A stretch of DNA of 64,000 bases from an uncultured Candidatus Saccharibacteria bacterium (lineage in GTDB: Bacteria; Patescibacteriota; Minisyncoccia; UBA6257). The notes under the pieces were generated by a model. The model saw only the letters and a list, made by a program, of their open reading frames with translations. It had not been told where the DNA came from and did no database searches. Location of the stretch: the NCBI GenBank assembly GCA_964618625.1, contig CAZUBI010000001.1:254930-318929 (forward strand), given 5' to 3'. Positions 10,736-20,118 of this stretch are shown here, piece after piece. Numbering within the stretch: the stretch's first letter is position 1; each line of letters begins with the position of its first letter. Both the position numbers and the translations under genes were made by a program.

Positions 10736-10778
10736 AATGAAAATATATTTATTTAAATCAAATAAATATATTTTCATT
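10736..10778. repeat. Perfect 19-bp AT-rich inverted repeat in the divergent tsaE/pilB intergenic region
   Basis: aatgaaaatatatttattt-aaatc-aaataaatatattttcatt. Confidence 0.85.
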
Positions 10779-10828
10779 ATAGCATATACTTTATGGTATA
10801 ATAAATTATTATTAATAATGTAATCTCT

Positions 10829-13723
10829 ATGAAAGACTTCGCCAAAAAAAGGGAGGAAAAAATTAAAGCTCTTTGGCAAGAATCAAAAGAAAGAGAAGCG
10901 CAAAGGCTGGCTGAAAAACACAATTTTCTTTATGTTGACTTAAGAAAAGCGCCAATTGAAACAAGCGCTCTTTCTATAATCCCAGAAGAAGAAGCAAGAA
11001 AAACTAATATTATTGCTTTCCAAAAAATAGGAAATCAAATTAAATTAGCTGTTTTAGACCCATTTAACGCTGAAACAATAAGAACAATTGAAAAAATCAA
11101 AAAAGAAAGATATAAAGTTGCCGTTTTTGTTGTTACTGAGGAAAGCCTTAATTGGGCATGGAAAAATTATGCTTTTGTCCATGAGCACCAAAAAGAATTA
11201 TCAAATTTTATAGAAATAACTGACACTAAGTCAATTGAATTTTCCGATCTTCATCAAGAACTTTTACCCCTTCCCATAGAAGAAGTCACTTCATTAGTCT
11301 CGCTTATTTTAAAATCAGCTGTTGAAATAGACGCCTCTGACATTCATATTGAACCGCAGGAAGATTACGCTCTTGTTCGTTTTCGTGTGGACGGTGTCTT
11401 ATATGATGTTTCTGAAATAGAAAAAAAGAAACACCGCGGCATTAATCAAAGATTAAAGCTTCTGTCTGGTTTAAAATTAAATATTGAAAATATTTCCCAA
11501 AATGGCAGATTTACTATCCAAAATAATAAAAGTTTTATTGATGTCCGCGCTTCCAGCTTACCAGGTCCTCATGGAGAATTTTTAGTATTCAGGCTCTTAA
11601 ACCCCAAACGAGCCGCTTTTGGTTTAAAAGATTTAGGTATTGACCAAAAAAGTATAGATGTTTTTAATCATTCTTTATCAGCACCAAATGGAATGATTTT
11701 AATCACAGGACCTACAGGTTCAGGAAAAACAACTACTTTATACGCTTTTTTAAAAAAGAAGATTTCCCCAGGAATAAAAATTATCACAATTGAAGACCCA
11801 ATTGAATATCGGCTTGTTGGTGTAAACCAAACTCAGACATCAAAAAAATATGGTTTTGCTAATGGATTAAAATCCATTCTCCGACAAGATCCTGATGTCC
11901 TTATGATTGGCGAAATGAGAGATGAGGAAACAGTAAAAACCGCTATACAGGCTTCTTTAACCGGACATTTGGTCTTTTCTACACTCCATACAAATGAAGC
12001 CAGCGGCACTATTGCCAGACTGGTTGAATTAGGCGCTGACGTCCAAATGCTTCCAAATGCGCTTAAATTAGTTGTGGCGCAAAGATTAATTCGACGCCTT
12101 TGTCCTGATTGTAAAGAAAAATACCAACCAACTCCTGAAATGAAAGAAAGATTAATTGAGGCTTTTAGCATTCTCTCTCCAAAAAGTGGAGTAAAAATAC
12201 CGAAAAATATTCCATGTCTTTATAAATCAAAAGGCTGCGCAAAATGCCATTGGCTGGGATATAAAAGCCAGATTGGAATTTTTGAATACTTTAATATAAG
12301 TCCAAAAATTATTAAAACAATCAAATCCGACGCTGACCAAAATGAAATAAGATCGAAAGCCATTGATGAAGGAATGGTGCCTCTTTTTCATGACGGTCTA
12401 TTGAAAACTATTGAAGGCATTACTTCTTTGGAAGAAGTTATGAGAGTGGCAGGTGATATTTCCTATATCCAGGAATTATATAAAGAATTATTTTCTCAGG
12501 TTTTGACTCGAGGCGTAAAAGTAAGCAGCAAAGAAGAAAAGAAAATAGAAGAATTGCTTCAAAAGAATAAATCAATTTCCCCATTACTAAAAGATAAATC
12601 TTCTGAAAGGCAAATTGCCATTATTTTAGCTACTGCATTAAAATCACGAGCCACAGATGTTCACTTTGAACCAGAAGAAAAAACCAGTGAAATTAGGGAA
12701 AGAATTGACGGAGTGCTCCATAAATTAGTTTCTTTTGATATCAACGAGCATCCTAAATTAATTAATGAATTAAAAGCCCTCAGCGGTTTAAAAACAGAGG
12801 AAACGCAAACAATTCAAGAAGGAAGATTCCGGCTTATTCTTCCTGATGAATCTTTTGACCTCAGGCTTTCAATAATTCCAGGCGGATATGGGGAAAGCGC
12901 CTCCTTAAGAATCTTGGGCGGAGAAGAATCTTTATTAAATTTAGAAAGCTTGGGATTTTTAAAAGAACAGGAAGAAGAAATAGAAAAAGTATTAGAAAAA
13001 AAAGTCGGATTAATTTTAGCTGCCGGGCCTACTTCTTCGGGAAAAACCACAACTCTATTTACAATACTTAAAAAACTTGCCAAGCCAGATGTAAAAGTGA
13101 TTACTGTTGAAGACCCTATTGAATATCGTTTACCTGGAATTATGCAAACTCAAGTTAATGAGGAAAAAGGATATACTTTTTCCAAAGTCCTTCGAAGTTT
13201 GCTTCGCCAAAACCCTAACATTTTCCTAATTGGAGAAATTAGGGACAAAGAAACAGCTAAATTAGTCTGGCAGGCGTCTACAACAGGGCATTTAGTTCTG
13301 TCCACTATTCATACAAATGACGCTTTAGGCGTTTTATCTCGTCTACAGAGTTTAGAAATACCTTCAAAAGAATTGGTGCCTGCTATTAACACTATTGTTG
13401 CGCAACGATTAGTCCGTTGCCTTTGCCCTCATTGTAAAAAAGAAATAAAAATTCCATCAGAAATGTCCAAATTTATCAAACCATCCTTAAAATATTTCCC
13501 AAAATACAAAAAACCGATAAAAATTTACCAAGCTCAAAGTTGCGCCAAATGTAGTTTTACTGGATATAAAGGCCAATCAGGAATATTTGAAATACTTATA
13601 CCGCCTTCAAAAACAAAAGATCTTACAAAAGTAAAATTTTCAAAATTAATTAACAGCGCTGTTATTAAAGTTTTACAGGGAATTACCTCATGGGAGGAAA
13701 TAAAAAGAGTGCTTGGAGTATAA
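10829..13723 (+). CDS. PilB/GspE-family secretion ATPase with two tandem ATPase domains
   Basis: Two copies each of SD(I/V)H.EP, Walker A (GPTGSGKT; GPTSSGKT), EDPIEY, LRQ(D/N)P..IGE.RD, TGHLV.ST.HTN and CxxC...CxxC. Confidence 0.9.
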   Translation: MKDFAKKREEKIKALWQESKEREAQRLAEKHNFLYVDLRKAPIETSALSIIPEEEARKTNIIAFQKIGNQIKLAVLDPFNAETIRTIEKIKKERYKVAVFVVTEESLNWAWKNYAFVHEHQKELSNFIEITDTKSIEFSDLHQELLPLPIEEVTSLVSLILKSAVEIDASDIHIEPQEDYALVRFRVDGVLYDVSEIEKKKHRGINQRLKLLSGLKLNIENISQNGRFTIQNNKSFIDVRASSLPGPHGEFLVFRLLNPKRAAFGLKDLGIDQKSIDVFNHSLSAPNGMILITGPTGSGKTTTLYAFLKKKISPGIKIITIEDPIEYRLVGVNQTQTSKKYGFANGLKSILRQDPDVLMIGEMRDEETVKTAIQASLTGHLVFSTLHTNEASGTIARLVELGADVQMLPNALKLVVAQRLIRRLCPDCKEKYQPTPEMKERLIEAFSILSPKSGVKIPKNIPCLYKSKGCAKCHWLGYKSQIGIFEYFNISPKIIKTIKSDADQNEIRSKAIDEGMVPLFHDGLLKTIEGITSLEEVMRVAGDISYIQELYKELFSQVLTRGVKVSSKEEKKIEELLQKNKSISPLLKDKSSERQIAIILATALKSRATDVHFEPEEKTSEIRERIDGVLHKLVSFDINEHPKLINELKALSGLKTEETQTIQEGRFRLILPDESFDLRLSIIPGGYGESASLRILGGEESLLNLESLGFLKEQEEEIEKVLEKKVGLILAAGPTSSGKTTTLFTILKKLAKPDVKVITVEDPIEYRLPGIMQTQVNEEKGYTFSKVLRSLLRQNPNIFLIGEIRDKETAKLVWQASTTGHLVLSTIHTNDALGVLSRLQSLEIPSKELVPAINTIVAQRLVRCLCPHCKKEIKIPSEMSKFIKPSLKYFPKYKKPIKIYQAQSCAKCSFTGYKGQSGIFEILIPPSKTKDLTKVKFSKLINSAVIKVLQGITSWEEIKRVLGV

Positions 13724-13893
13724 AAAAAGGCCCATTAATCTGCAGGCAAATATCCTTCGAAACGAAGACTAAAGATCAACCCGAGGTATACCTCAGACAT
13801 ATAAATATATCCAAGATACCCATCTGCAGAGAACCCCTGACAAGCGTTTGCTTGCTTGCCTACAGATTAATAGACCCTTTATTTTCAATTTGC
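13722..13893 (-). ncRNA. Putative structured ncRNA (6S-like architecture; identity unproven)
   Basis: Consensus promoter upstream; ~24-bp closing stem (13856-13880 with 13726-13749) whose non-Watson-Crick pairs are all G-U on the minus strand; internal hairpins; ends in a U-run. Confidence 0.6.
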
Positions 13894-13899
13894 AATACT

Positions 13900-13928
13900 A
13901 TTATACTATAGTCCATTAGCTTTGTCAA
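13900..13928 (-). promoter_or_regulatory. Consensus sigma70 promoter
   Basis: TTGACA-17 nt-TATAAT on the minus strand. Confidence 0.8.
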
Positions 13929-16063
13929 CCCCTCACCTGCTTATCCACTTCTAAACTAATTTTCGTGGTATTAATAATTTCCTCCAATGGCATTGGGCTC
14001 CTTCTTTGATGCAAGCAAGAAGCTAAACTTTTTAACTCTTCAAAAAGCCCTTTATTTTGTTGACGCATTTTCATATCAGCTTTCACTCCATATGTTCTTA
14101 ACTTTTTATAATCATCCAGAATAAATACTCTGCCCTCAGAATATAACTCCATATATTCTTTACCAGCTCCGCTATCTCCCTGTGTTGTATAAACTAAATT
14201 AGCTAAAGAGCCGTCTTTAAATTTAATAGTGGAAACAAAATTATCAGTAGTAAGATAAAATGTGTCTTTTGGGGTTATTGCGCAAGCATCAATTTTTTCA
14301 ATTCCAGATTCAGCTAAATAGCAAAAAACATTAAACATATGGCAAGCATTGCCTAAAACTCTTCCTCCGCCTTCGCTGGTATTCACCCAATGGCTTGGCG
14401 CGAGATAAGAATCATTAACTCTATAATTAATTATTATCGGGCTGCGGCGATCCCTAATAGTTTCTTTTATTTTTTGAATGAACGGAGAAAAACGTCGATT
14501 AAATCCAACCGCGACAATTGGGGAATAATCAAAATTTTGTGTTTTTAATATATCCAAAATCTCTTTTAATTCTTCTTTGGTCAAGCATAATGGTTTTTCT
14601 ACAAAAATATTCTTTCCCGCTTTAAGAGTATCAATCACCATTTGAGCATGAAGATTATGCCTTGTACTAATGATAATAAGATTTATTTTGGGATCATTGA
14701 GTAATATTTTATAATCGGTTGTAGCAATACTCGCGTTATAGCGGCTGGCAAAATACTTGGCTTTTACCTGATCATGGGTACAAATTCCGCGAATTCTGTA
14801 AAATTCTCTTAATTTCATTAAATTAGGCAAATGCACGGTCTGGGCAAAACTTCCCACTCCAATAATTCCTAATTCAATTTTTCCTTCAATTTTTTGTGGA
14901 GTGGATAATTCAACAAACTGTTGCGAATCTTTTTCTTTTAAAATAGAGCCTGGATAAGAAAGCAAAACTGCTAATGGTTTTTTTTTGGAATTTAATAATT
15001 TATATGCCAAATCTGCCTGTTTTAAAGAATATTTTCCTTCAATCAAAGAACTAAAATCAATTTTTTTGTTTTTTAATAATTGCAGATAAGCCTGCATATT
15101 GCGATTTTCTGTCCATCTAACATAAGCATAAGGATAATCAATTCCTTTGTTTTCATAATCAGAATCTCCTCTGCCAGGGCCATAAGAAGTAGATATGCGC
15201 AATTCAATTTCCTTTTGATACCAAGGCAACCTATTAATTTTCAAACCAATATCCCCTACGACAACGACTTTCCCCTTTTTTCTTGTTGTTAATAACGCCT
15301 GATTAATAATTTCATCGTCTGAGGGATTAGCAGCAGTAATAATAGTCGCGTCTGCTCCTTGTGAATTAGTTAAATAATTAATTTTATTTAAAAGATTTTT
15401 AGTAGTAGGAGAAAAAATATTTGTTAATCCATTTTCTTTGGCTTTTTTTATTCTTTCTTTGGAAAGCTCAATACCAATCACCTTTATCCCGCTTGCCAAA
15501 AGAATCTGCGCAGTTAATTGGCCTATTAATCCTAACCCAACAACTACAGCACTTTCTCCTACGCGCAAATCAGCCTGCCTGACTCCTTGAAGAGCAATTG
15601 CGCCAACTGTGGCAGAACAAGCATCTTCAAAAGAAACTCCATTAGGAACTTTTACTGTTAAATTCCTTGGAACAGCTATAAATTCAGCATGGGAGGCAAT
15701 ATTTGCTCCTGCGCAAGCAACAATATCCCCTCTTTTAATATCAATTATATCCTTTCCGACTTTCATAACACGGCCGCAACAACTATATCCAGGAGTTACT
15801 CCCGCTTGAAGCATACCAGTTACTATTTTATAAGCATTGGAAAACCCCTGCTCTTTCACAAGCTTAATGCCTTTAGCTAATTTAGTTGGATGTTTTAAAA
15901 CCTTTAAAGGCAAAGGTTGCCCAGAAAAATTTAAACTTGATAATTCTGTGCCCGAAGAAATTAAAGAAAATAGATTTTCCACTAAAATCTGGCCTGCTCC
16001 GCAAGCCGGCGTTGGAACCTCTTCTACAACAACTTTTCCTTGTTTAAAAACTAATTGTTTCAT
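13925..16063 (-). CDS. Bi-domain oxidoreductase (Zn-ADH-like plus Gfo/Idh/MocA), usually found in surface polysaccharide loci
   Basis: SLISSGTE, GLGLIG, SYGPGR, YVRWTENRN; second domain GVGSFA, EKPL, VGFNRRFSP. Confidence 0.85.
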   Translation of the reverse strand: MKQLVFKQGKVVVEEVPTPACGAGQILVENLFSLISSGTELSSLNFSGQPLPLKVLKHPTKLAKGIKLVKEQGFSNAYKIVTGMLQAGVTPGYSCCGRVMKVGKDIIDIKRGDIVACAGANIASHAEFIAVPRNLTVKVPNGVSFEDACSATVGAIALQGVRQADLRVGESAVVVGLGLIGQLTAQILLASGIKVIGIELSKERIKKAKENGLTNIFSPTTKNLLNKINYLTNSQGADATIITAANPSDDEIINQALLTTRKKGKVVVVGDIGLKINRLPWYQKEIELRISTSYGPGRGDSDYENKGIDYPYAYVRWTENRNMQAYLQLLKNKKIDFSSLIEGKYSLKQADLAYKLLNSKKKPLAVLLSYPGSILKEKDSQQFVELSTPQKIEGKIELGIIGVGSFAQTVHLPNLMKLREFYRIRGICTHDQVKAKYFASRYNASIATTDYKILLNDPKINLIIISTRHNLHAQMVIDTLKAGKNIFVEKPLCLTKEELKEILDILKTQNFDYSPIVAVGFNRRFSPFIQKIKETIRDRRSPIIINYRVNDSYLAPSHWVNTSEGGGRVLGNACHMFNVFCYLAESGIEKIDACAITPKDTFYLTTDNFVSTIKFKDGSLANLVYTTQGDSGAGKEYMELYSEGRVFILDDYKKLRTYGVKADMKMRQQNKGLFEELKSLASCLHQRRSPMPLEEIINTTKISLEVDKQVRG

Positions 16064-16066
16064 AAT

Positions 16067-18367
16067 CTAATCGGGAATTTGATCCCATTGTTCATCCTCA
16101 ACTAATTTAATAAAAGCTTCTACTGTTTCTTTCGCTCCTGGCTTTAGTTCTAAAACTTTGTTGGCATATTCAATAGCTTTTTCTTTATTCTGTATTTTAG
16201 CATAAGCAGCAGCTAAGCCAGTATATAAAGAAACGTCTTTGGGATCTATTTGAATTGCTTGTAAATAAAGTTTTGTTATAGCTTTATAATCTTTTTCTTT
16301 TATTAAAAGACTTATTACACCTAAAATCTGATTTTTAGCTTTAAAAGAAAAATTAAGCTCAGCTGCTTTTATTAAATTTTCATCGCGTTTTTCAAAATCG
16401 CTTAATTCATTATAAGCTAAACCTAAAATATAATAAGAAGTTGAGAGTTTAGGATTAATTTCAATAACTTTTTCTGCCTCTGTTATGGCTCTTTCTGTTT
16501 CTTTATTGAGTAGAAAGAATTTAGCAGCGAATAAGTAAGACTGCGGAAAATGCGGAAAACGAGAGAGTATTTCTTCGGTTGATTTTTCAGCCTGCTCAAG
16601 TCCATTTTCACCCCATTGTAAAAAGATAGTCTCTAAATCTGCAGCAGCCATAGCTAAATTAAACCGCCACGGCCTTTCTTGAACTGCTTCCCTAGCTTGT
16701 ATAACTAATATGCCAATCATCTTTTTTCTATATTCTTCATTAATATTTGAACTGTAAAGTGAATACATTTTTTTAATGCCTATAATTATATCGCCTTTCA
16801 AAAAAGCAGGTTTATTAATTACACCTCTTAATTCCTCATATGCTTTTTCATTTTCTCCTTGTTTAACAAAATAACCTACATTAAAAATTCCTTTGCTTAC
16901 TAAATAAGGTCTTATAACCCATTGTGTCGTGCTAAAAATAACTAAACAAACAACGGCAATAACTAATAACCCTTTCCCCATTCTTAAAGAATAGTTTTTG
17001 GAAGAACCTTTTTCTTTTGTCACTGGGGGTCCCGATTTATCGGGACGTAGTAATCCTATTTCTGAAAGCGATGAGATAAAAGCCAATAACAAAAAGAACA
17101 TTAAATAACTTTCGTGAAAATCAAAAATAAAAACATTCTGGATAAAATACCCTATCAAACCACCCGCTAAAGCCAATGACGGTAAAAACCATTCTTTCTT
17201 TTTTCTTAAACGATTCAAAAAATATAAAACTATCCCAAAAACAGAAAGGTAAGACAAAAACCCAAAAATGCCAGTAGTGGCTAAAACCTCCATTGGTTTG
17301 TTATGGGCTCTGTCAAAATAAAAATCCCCTGGCAAATATTTTAATACTTCTGGATTAAAATTTTTTACATAAGCAGCTTCATAATTTTCTGGGCCCCAGC
17401 CAAAGAATGGTTTTTGTAAAAAACTTTTCCAGGCTGTCCCAGCAGAAAAAAGACGAGAGAGAGCTGTTGGATCTGTTAGGGAAATAGAAGAAAACCTACC
17501 TAGAATTTTATTATTTTTTACAAAATCAGTATTTTTTGCGCCAAAAGTAAAAACAGATAAAACTAATATGCTAATTAAAAAAACAATGGCTATTTTCTTC
17601 AAAGAACTAGGAAGGTTGGACTCCTTTTGAATATCTGACTTTAAGAAAATAATGCCCAAAGCAATTAATATAATGCTTACTAAGTAACCCATCATTGAAC
17701 CTCTTGTCAAAGTAGCAAAAATGAGAAAACTTTGCCCGAGAAAAACAAGCAGCCACCAATTAAATAATCTTTTATCAAATATATATTGACGAGAATAAAA
17801 ATATAGAGCTAAAAAGGCGTTAAAAAGCAAATACACAGCGAAAAAAGAAGGGTTACCAGTATAGCCAGCCAAGCGACCACCAGTTAACTGGGCGGTAATT
17901 TTTCCTATACCAGAATAAGCTAAAATAGCCACTATTGAATAAAGAATACCTATTCCTACCTGGATTTTGAGAATTTTCTCTATTTCTAAATATTTAAAAG
18001 TCGTGGCAATAATTAAAAAGAAAAGCATAAAGTGCCAAATTCCAAATACTCCTTCCATTCTTTCATTTCCTGAGAATAAACTATAATAAAAATCTATTCC
18101 AAAAAGAGCGGAAATAAATATTATAATACCAAAAATAAGAACGGCTTTAGTTAATGGAGTTAATGAAATTGATGAAGTCGGACTTCCAAGGGAAGTTCGA
18201 CTTTTAACTAGCCAAAATACCCAAACCACTAACATTAAACCTACTATTATTCGAAAAGCTATGGCTTTGGCAGTAATAAAAGGAAAATAAGTGCTAGTAT
18301 CAACCAAAAAAGGCGTAAATAAAGCCGCAATTGTAAGATAAAATAGCGTTGTTTTTAATTTATTCAT
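16067..18367 (-). CDS. O-antigen ligase (Wzy_C) family membrane protein with C-terminal TPRs
   Basis: Multi-TM; GNP, TLTRGS, KPFFGWGPENY, DRAHN motifs; TPR-like helical C-terminus. Confidence 0.85.
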   Translation of the reverse strand: MNKLKTTLFYLTIAALFTPFLVDTSTYFPFITAKAIAFRIIVGLMLVVWVFWLVKSRTSLGSPTSSISLTPLTKAVLIFGIIIFISALFGIDFYYSLFSGNERMEGVFGIWHFMLFFLIIATTFKYLEIEKILKIQVGIGILYSIVAILAYSGIGKITAQLTGGRLAGYTGNPSFFAVYLLFNAFLALYFYSRQYIFDKRLFNWWLLVFLGQSFLIFATLTRGSMMGYLVSIILIALGIIFLKSDIQKESNLPSSLKKIAIVFLISILVLSVFTFGAKNTDFVKNNKILGRFSSISLTDPTALSRLFSAGTAWKSFLQKPFFGWGPENYEAAYVKNFNPEVLKYLPGDFYFDRAHNKPMEVLATTGIFGFLSYLSVFGIVLYFLNRLRKKKEWFLPSLALAGGLIGYFIQNVFIFDFHESYLMFFLLLAFISSLSEIGLLRPDKSGPPVTKEKGSSKNYSLRMGKGLLVIAVVCLVIFSTTQWVIRPYLVSKGIFNVGYFVKQGENEKAYEELRGVINKPAFLKGDIIIGIKKMYSLYSSNINEEYRKKMIGILVIQAREAVQERPWRFNLAMAAADLETIFLQWGENGLEQAEKSTEEILSRFPHFPQSYLFAAKFFLLNKETERAITEAEKVIEINPKLSTSYYILGLAYNELSDFEKRDENLIKAAELNFSFKAKNQILGVISLLIKEKDYKAITKLYLQAIQIDPKDVSLYTGLAAAYAKIQNKEKAIEYANKVLELKPGAKETVEAFIKLVEDEQWDQIPD

Positions 18368-20025
18368 AATTTAGAATTTGCTGCCGCTCTTGTCAATGGT
18401 CCAAAATAACCAGTAGTAATAATGTTTTGTAATGCCTGATAGCGCTTAACTGCTGCCTGAGTCAAAGGTCCAAAATAACCTGTTATTAATCCTTCTGGAT
18501 AAATCTCAGGCCCTAAAGCTTTTAAATATTGCTGCAAACAACTCACTTGATTACTATTCATTCCATAATAAAGGTCTCCGTAAAAAGATGAGCATACTGA
18601 AGAATTCTGACCTGCTGATAAAGCAAGTAATTGCGCCTGAAGCTTAACTATCTCCTGTTGAAGCATAAGAATTTTGGCTTGCAATGCTTTTATTACTTCT
18701 GCTTCAGCTTGATCTGAATCTTCTGACACAGTCACATCCCATGAAAAATAATAGCGTTTATCAGAAAAAGTTGACGTAAGAAAAGGAATTGTAATTAAAG
18801 CAATGTTTTTATCTCCAAAATCTGAAACAAAAATTTCATCCATATTACTTGCCTCAAAATCAAAAAAACCAACTTTATTTTGCCCATTATCTTGAATAAT
18901 AATATATGGAACACGAGAAATTTGAGTATTCTCTGGTATTTCCCATTCCATTTTTATAATATCCTTTCCACCAATAATCTTCTGCCACTTTGCGCTCCAA
19001 GAATTTAAAGAATCTGTTACTGACAAAGAAGCTCTTCCTGTTGTTGGTAAATAATAAGTATAAGGAAAAATCGTAAGATTTTTCAAATAAGGATTTTTAT
19101 AACAATATTTTTGACTTTTGGAACAATCATTAATCACATTAGTAATCAACCAATCCATAAAAATATCTGAAAAATCTTCAGAAAATCCATTCTTCTTTAA
19201 AGCATAATTAATAGCAGCTATACCTGATTCAGAAGAATGCAAAGAATCAACTAAAATATCAATGCCATAATGATCGACTAAATAATGAGTTAATAAATTT
19301 ACTTTGGCATAATCGTAATTAGTATTATCCCAATCTAATAAAGAAATCTTTGTACTATTTGAAAATTGTCGAATTCTTCTCTGTAAATTACTATCATCCC
19401 AATCTTTTCCATAATCCAATAAAGTTTCAGTATATTCAGCTCTGCCTTCATTAAGCCAGACTTCTTCATCAGGATTTTGTTTAAGAGTTATCAAATGCAT
19501 AAATTCGTGAGCCAAATGATACCTTAAGCTGTCAGAAGATAATAATAGAATATTATCAGCGTTTAAATATATTATTTGTCCTTCATTAGAACGAGAATAA
19601 AGTTGAGATGAATAGTTGTCTGCTGTTTGTATATATCCGCCAACGTCTTTTTTCATCTTATGTAATACGACGATCGTTCTTGAGTCGTTATCTATACCAG
19701 GATTGTCTTCAAAGCCAAAAGTTTGAGTTAAAATTGGATAGATTTTATATTCAAACCTATTGGCTAAGCTATAAATCTTATTATTAATATCTCTTTTATT
19801 TCCAGATGAAAGTTCATTAAACCATTCTTGATCTGCGTAAAAATATAATCTATTTGTGATTTTTATAAGCTCAGTATCTATTTTCCAACGAGCCAATGGA
19901 TCATAATCATATTGAATATTAAAAGAACGCTCTTGCCCCATAGAAATCGCCTGAGCAAAAACTGGAATAAAAAGTATTATCCCTAAAAGAAAACAAAGAA
20001 TAAATTTTCGCTGATAAGAAAACAT
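18364..20025 (-). CDS. Secreted zinc metalloprotease-like protein with C-terminal peptidoglycan-binding domain
   Basis: Signal peptide, HEFMH...WLNEG motif, C-terminal TGYFGPLT repeats. Confidence 0.75.
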   Translation of the reverse strand: MFSYQRKFILCFLLGIILFIPVFAQAISMGQERSFNIQYDYDPLARWKIDTELIKITNRLYFYADQEWFNELSSGNKRDINNKIYSLANRFEYKIYPILTQTFGFEDNPGIDNDSRTIVVLHKMKKDVGGYIQTADNYSSQLYSRSNEGQIIYLNADNILLLSSDSLRYHLAHEFMHLITLKQNPDEEVWLNEGRAEYTETLLDYGKDWDDSNLQRRIRQFSNSTKISLLDWDNTNYDYAKVNLLTHYLVDHYGIDILVDSLHSSESGIAAINYALKKNGFSEDFSDIFMDWLITNVINDCSKSQKYCYKNPYLKNLTIFPYTYYLPTTGRASLSVTDSLNSWSAKWQKIIGGKDIIKMEWEIPENTQISRVPYIIIQDNGQNKVGFFDFEASNMDEIFVSDFGDKNIALITIPFLTSTFSDKRYYFSWDVTVSEDSDQAEAEVIKALQAKILMLQQEIVKLQAQLLALSAGQNSSVCSSFYGDLYYGMNSNQVSCLQQYLKALGPEIYPEGLITGYFGPLTQAAVKRYQALQNIITTGYFGPLTRAAANSKL

Positions 20026-20073
20026 TGATTATATATTAACAAAAAAAAAGCAAAAAACAAATAACAAGAAAAC

Positions 20074-20100
20074 AAAAACCGCCTTGAAAGGCGGTTTTTG
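20074..20100 (-). terminator. Intrinsic terminator after the large surface protein gene
   Basis: aaaaaccgcc-ttgaaa-ggcggttttt. Confidence 0.85.
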
Positions 20101-20118
20101 CAACCTGCAAGGAATGGT

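Noticed and set aside
13690-13911. 73-aa plus-strand ORF
   Set aside because: No recognisable motif; the region is better explained by the minus-strand structured RNA.
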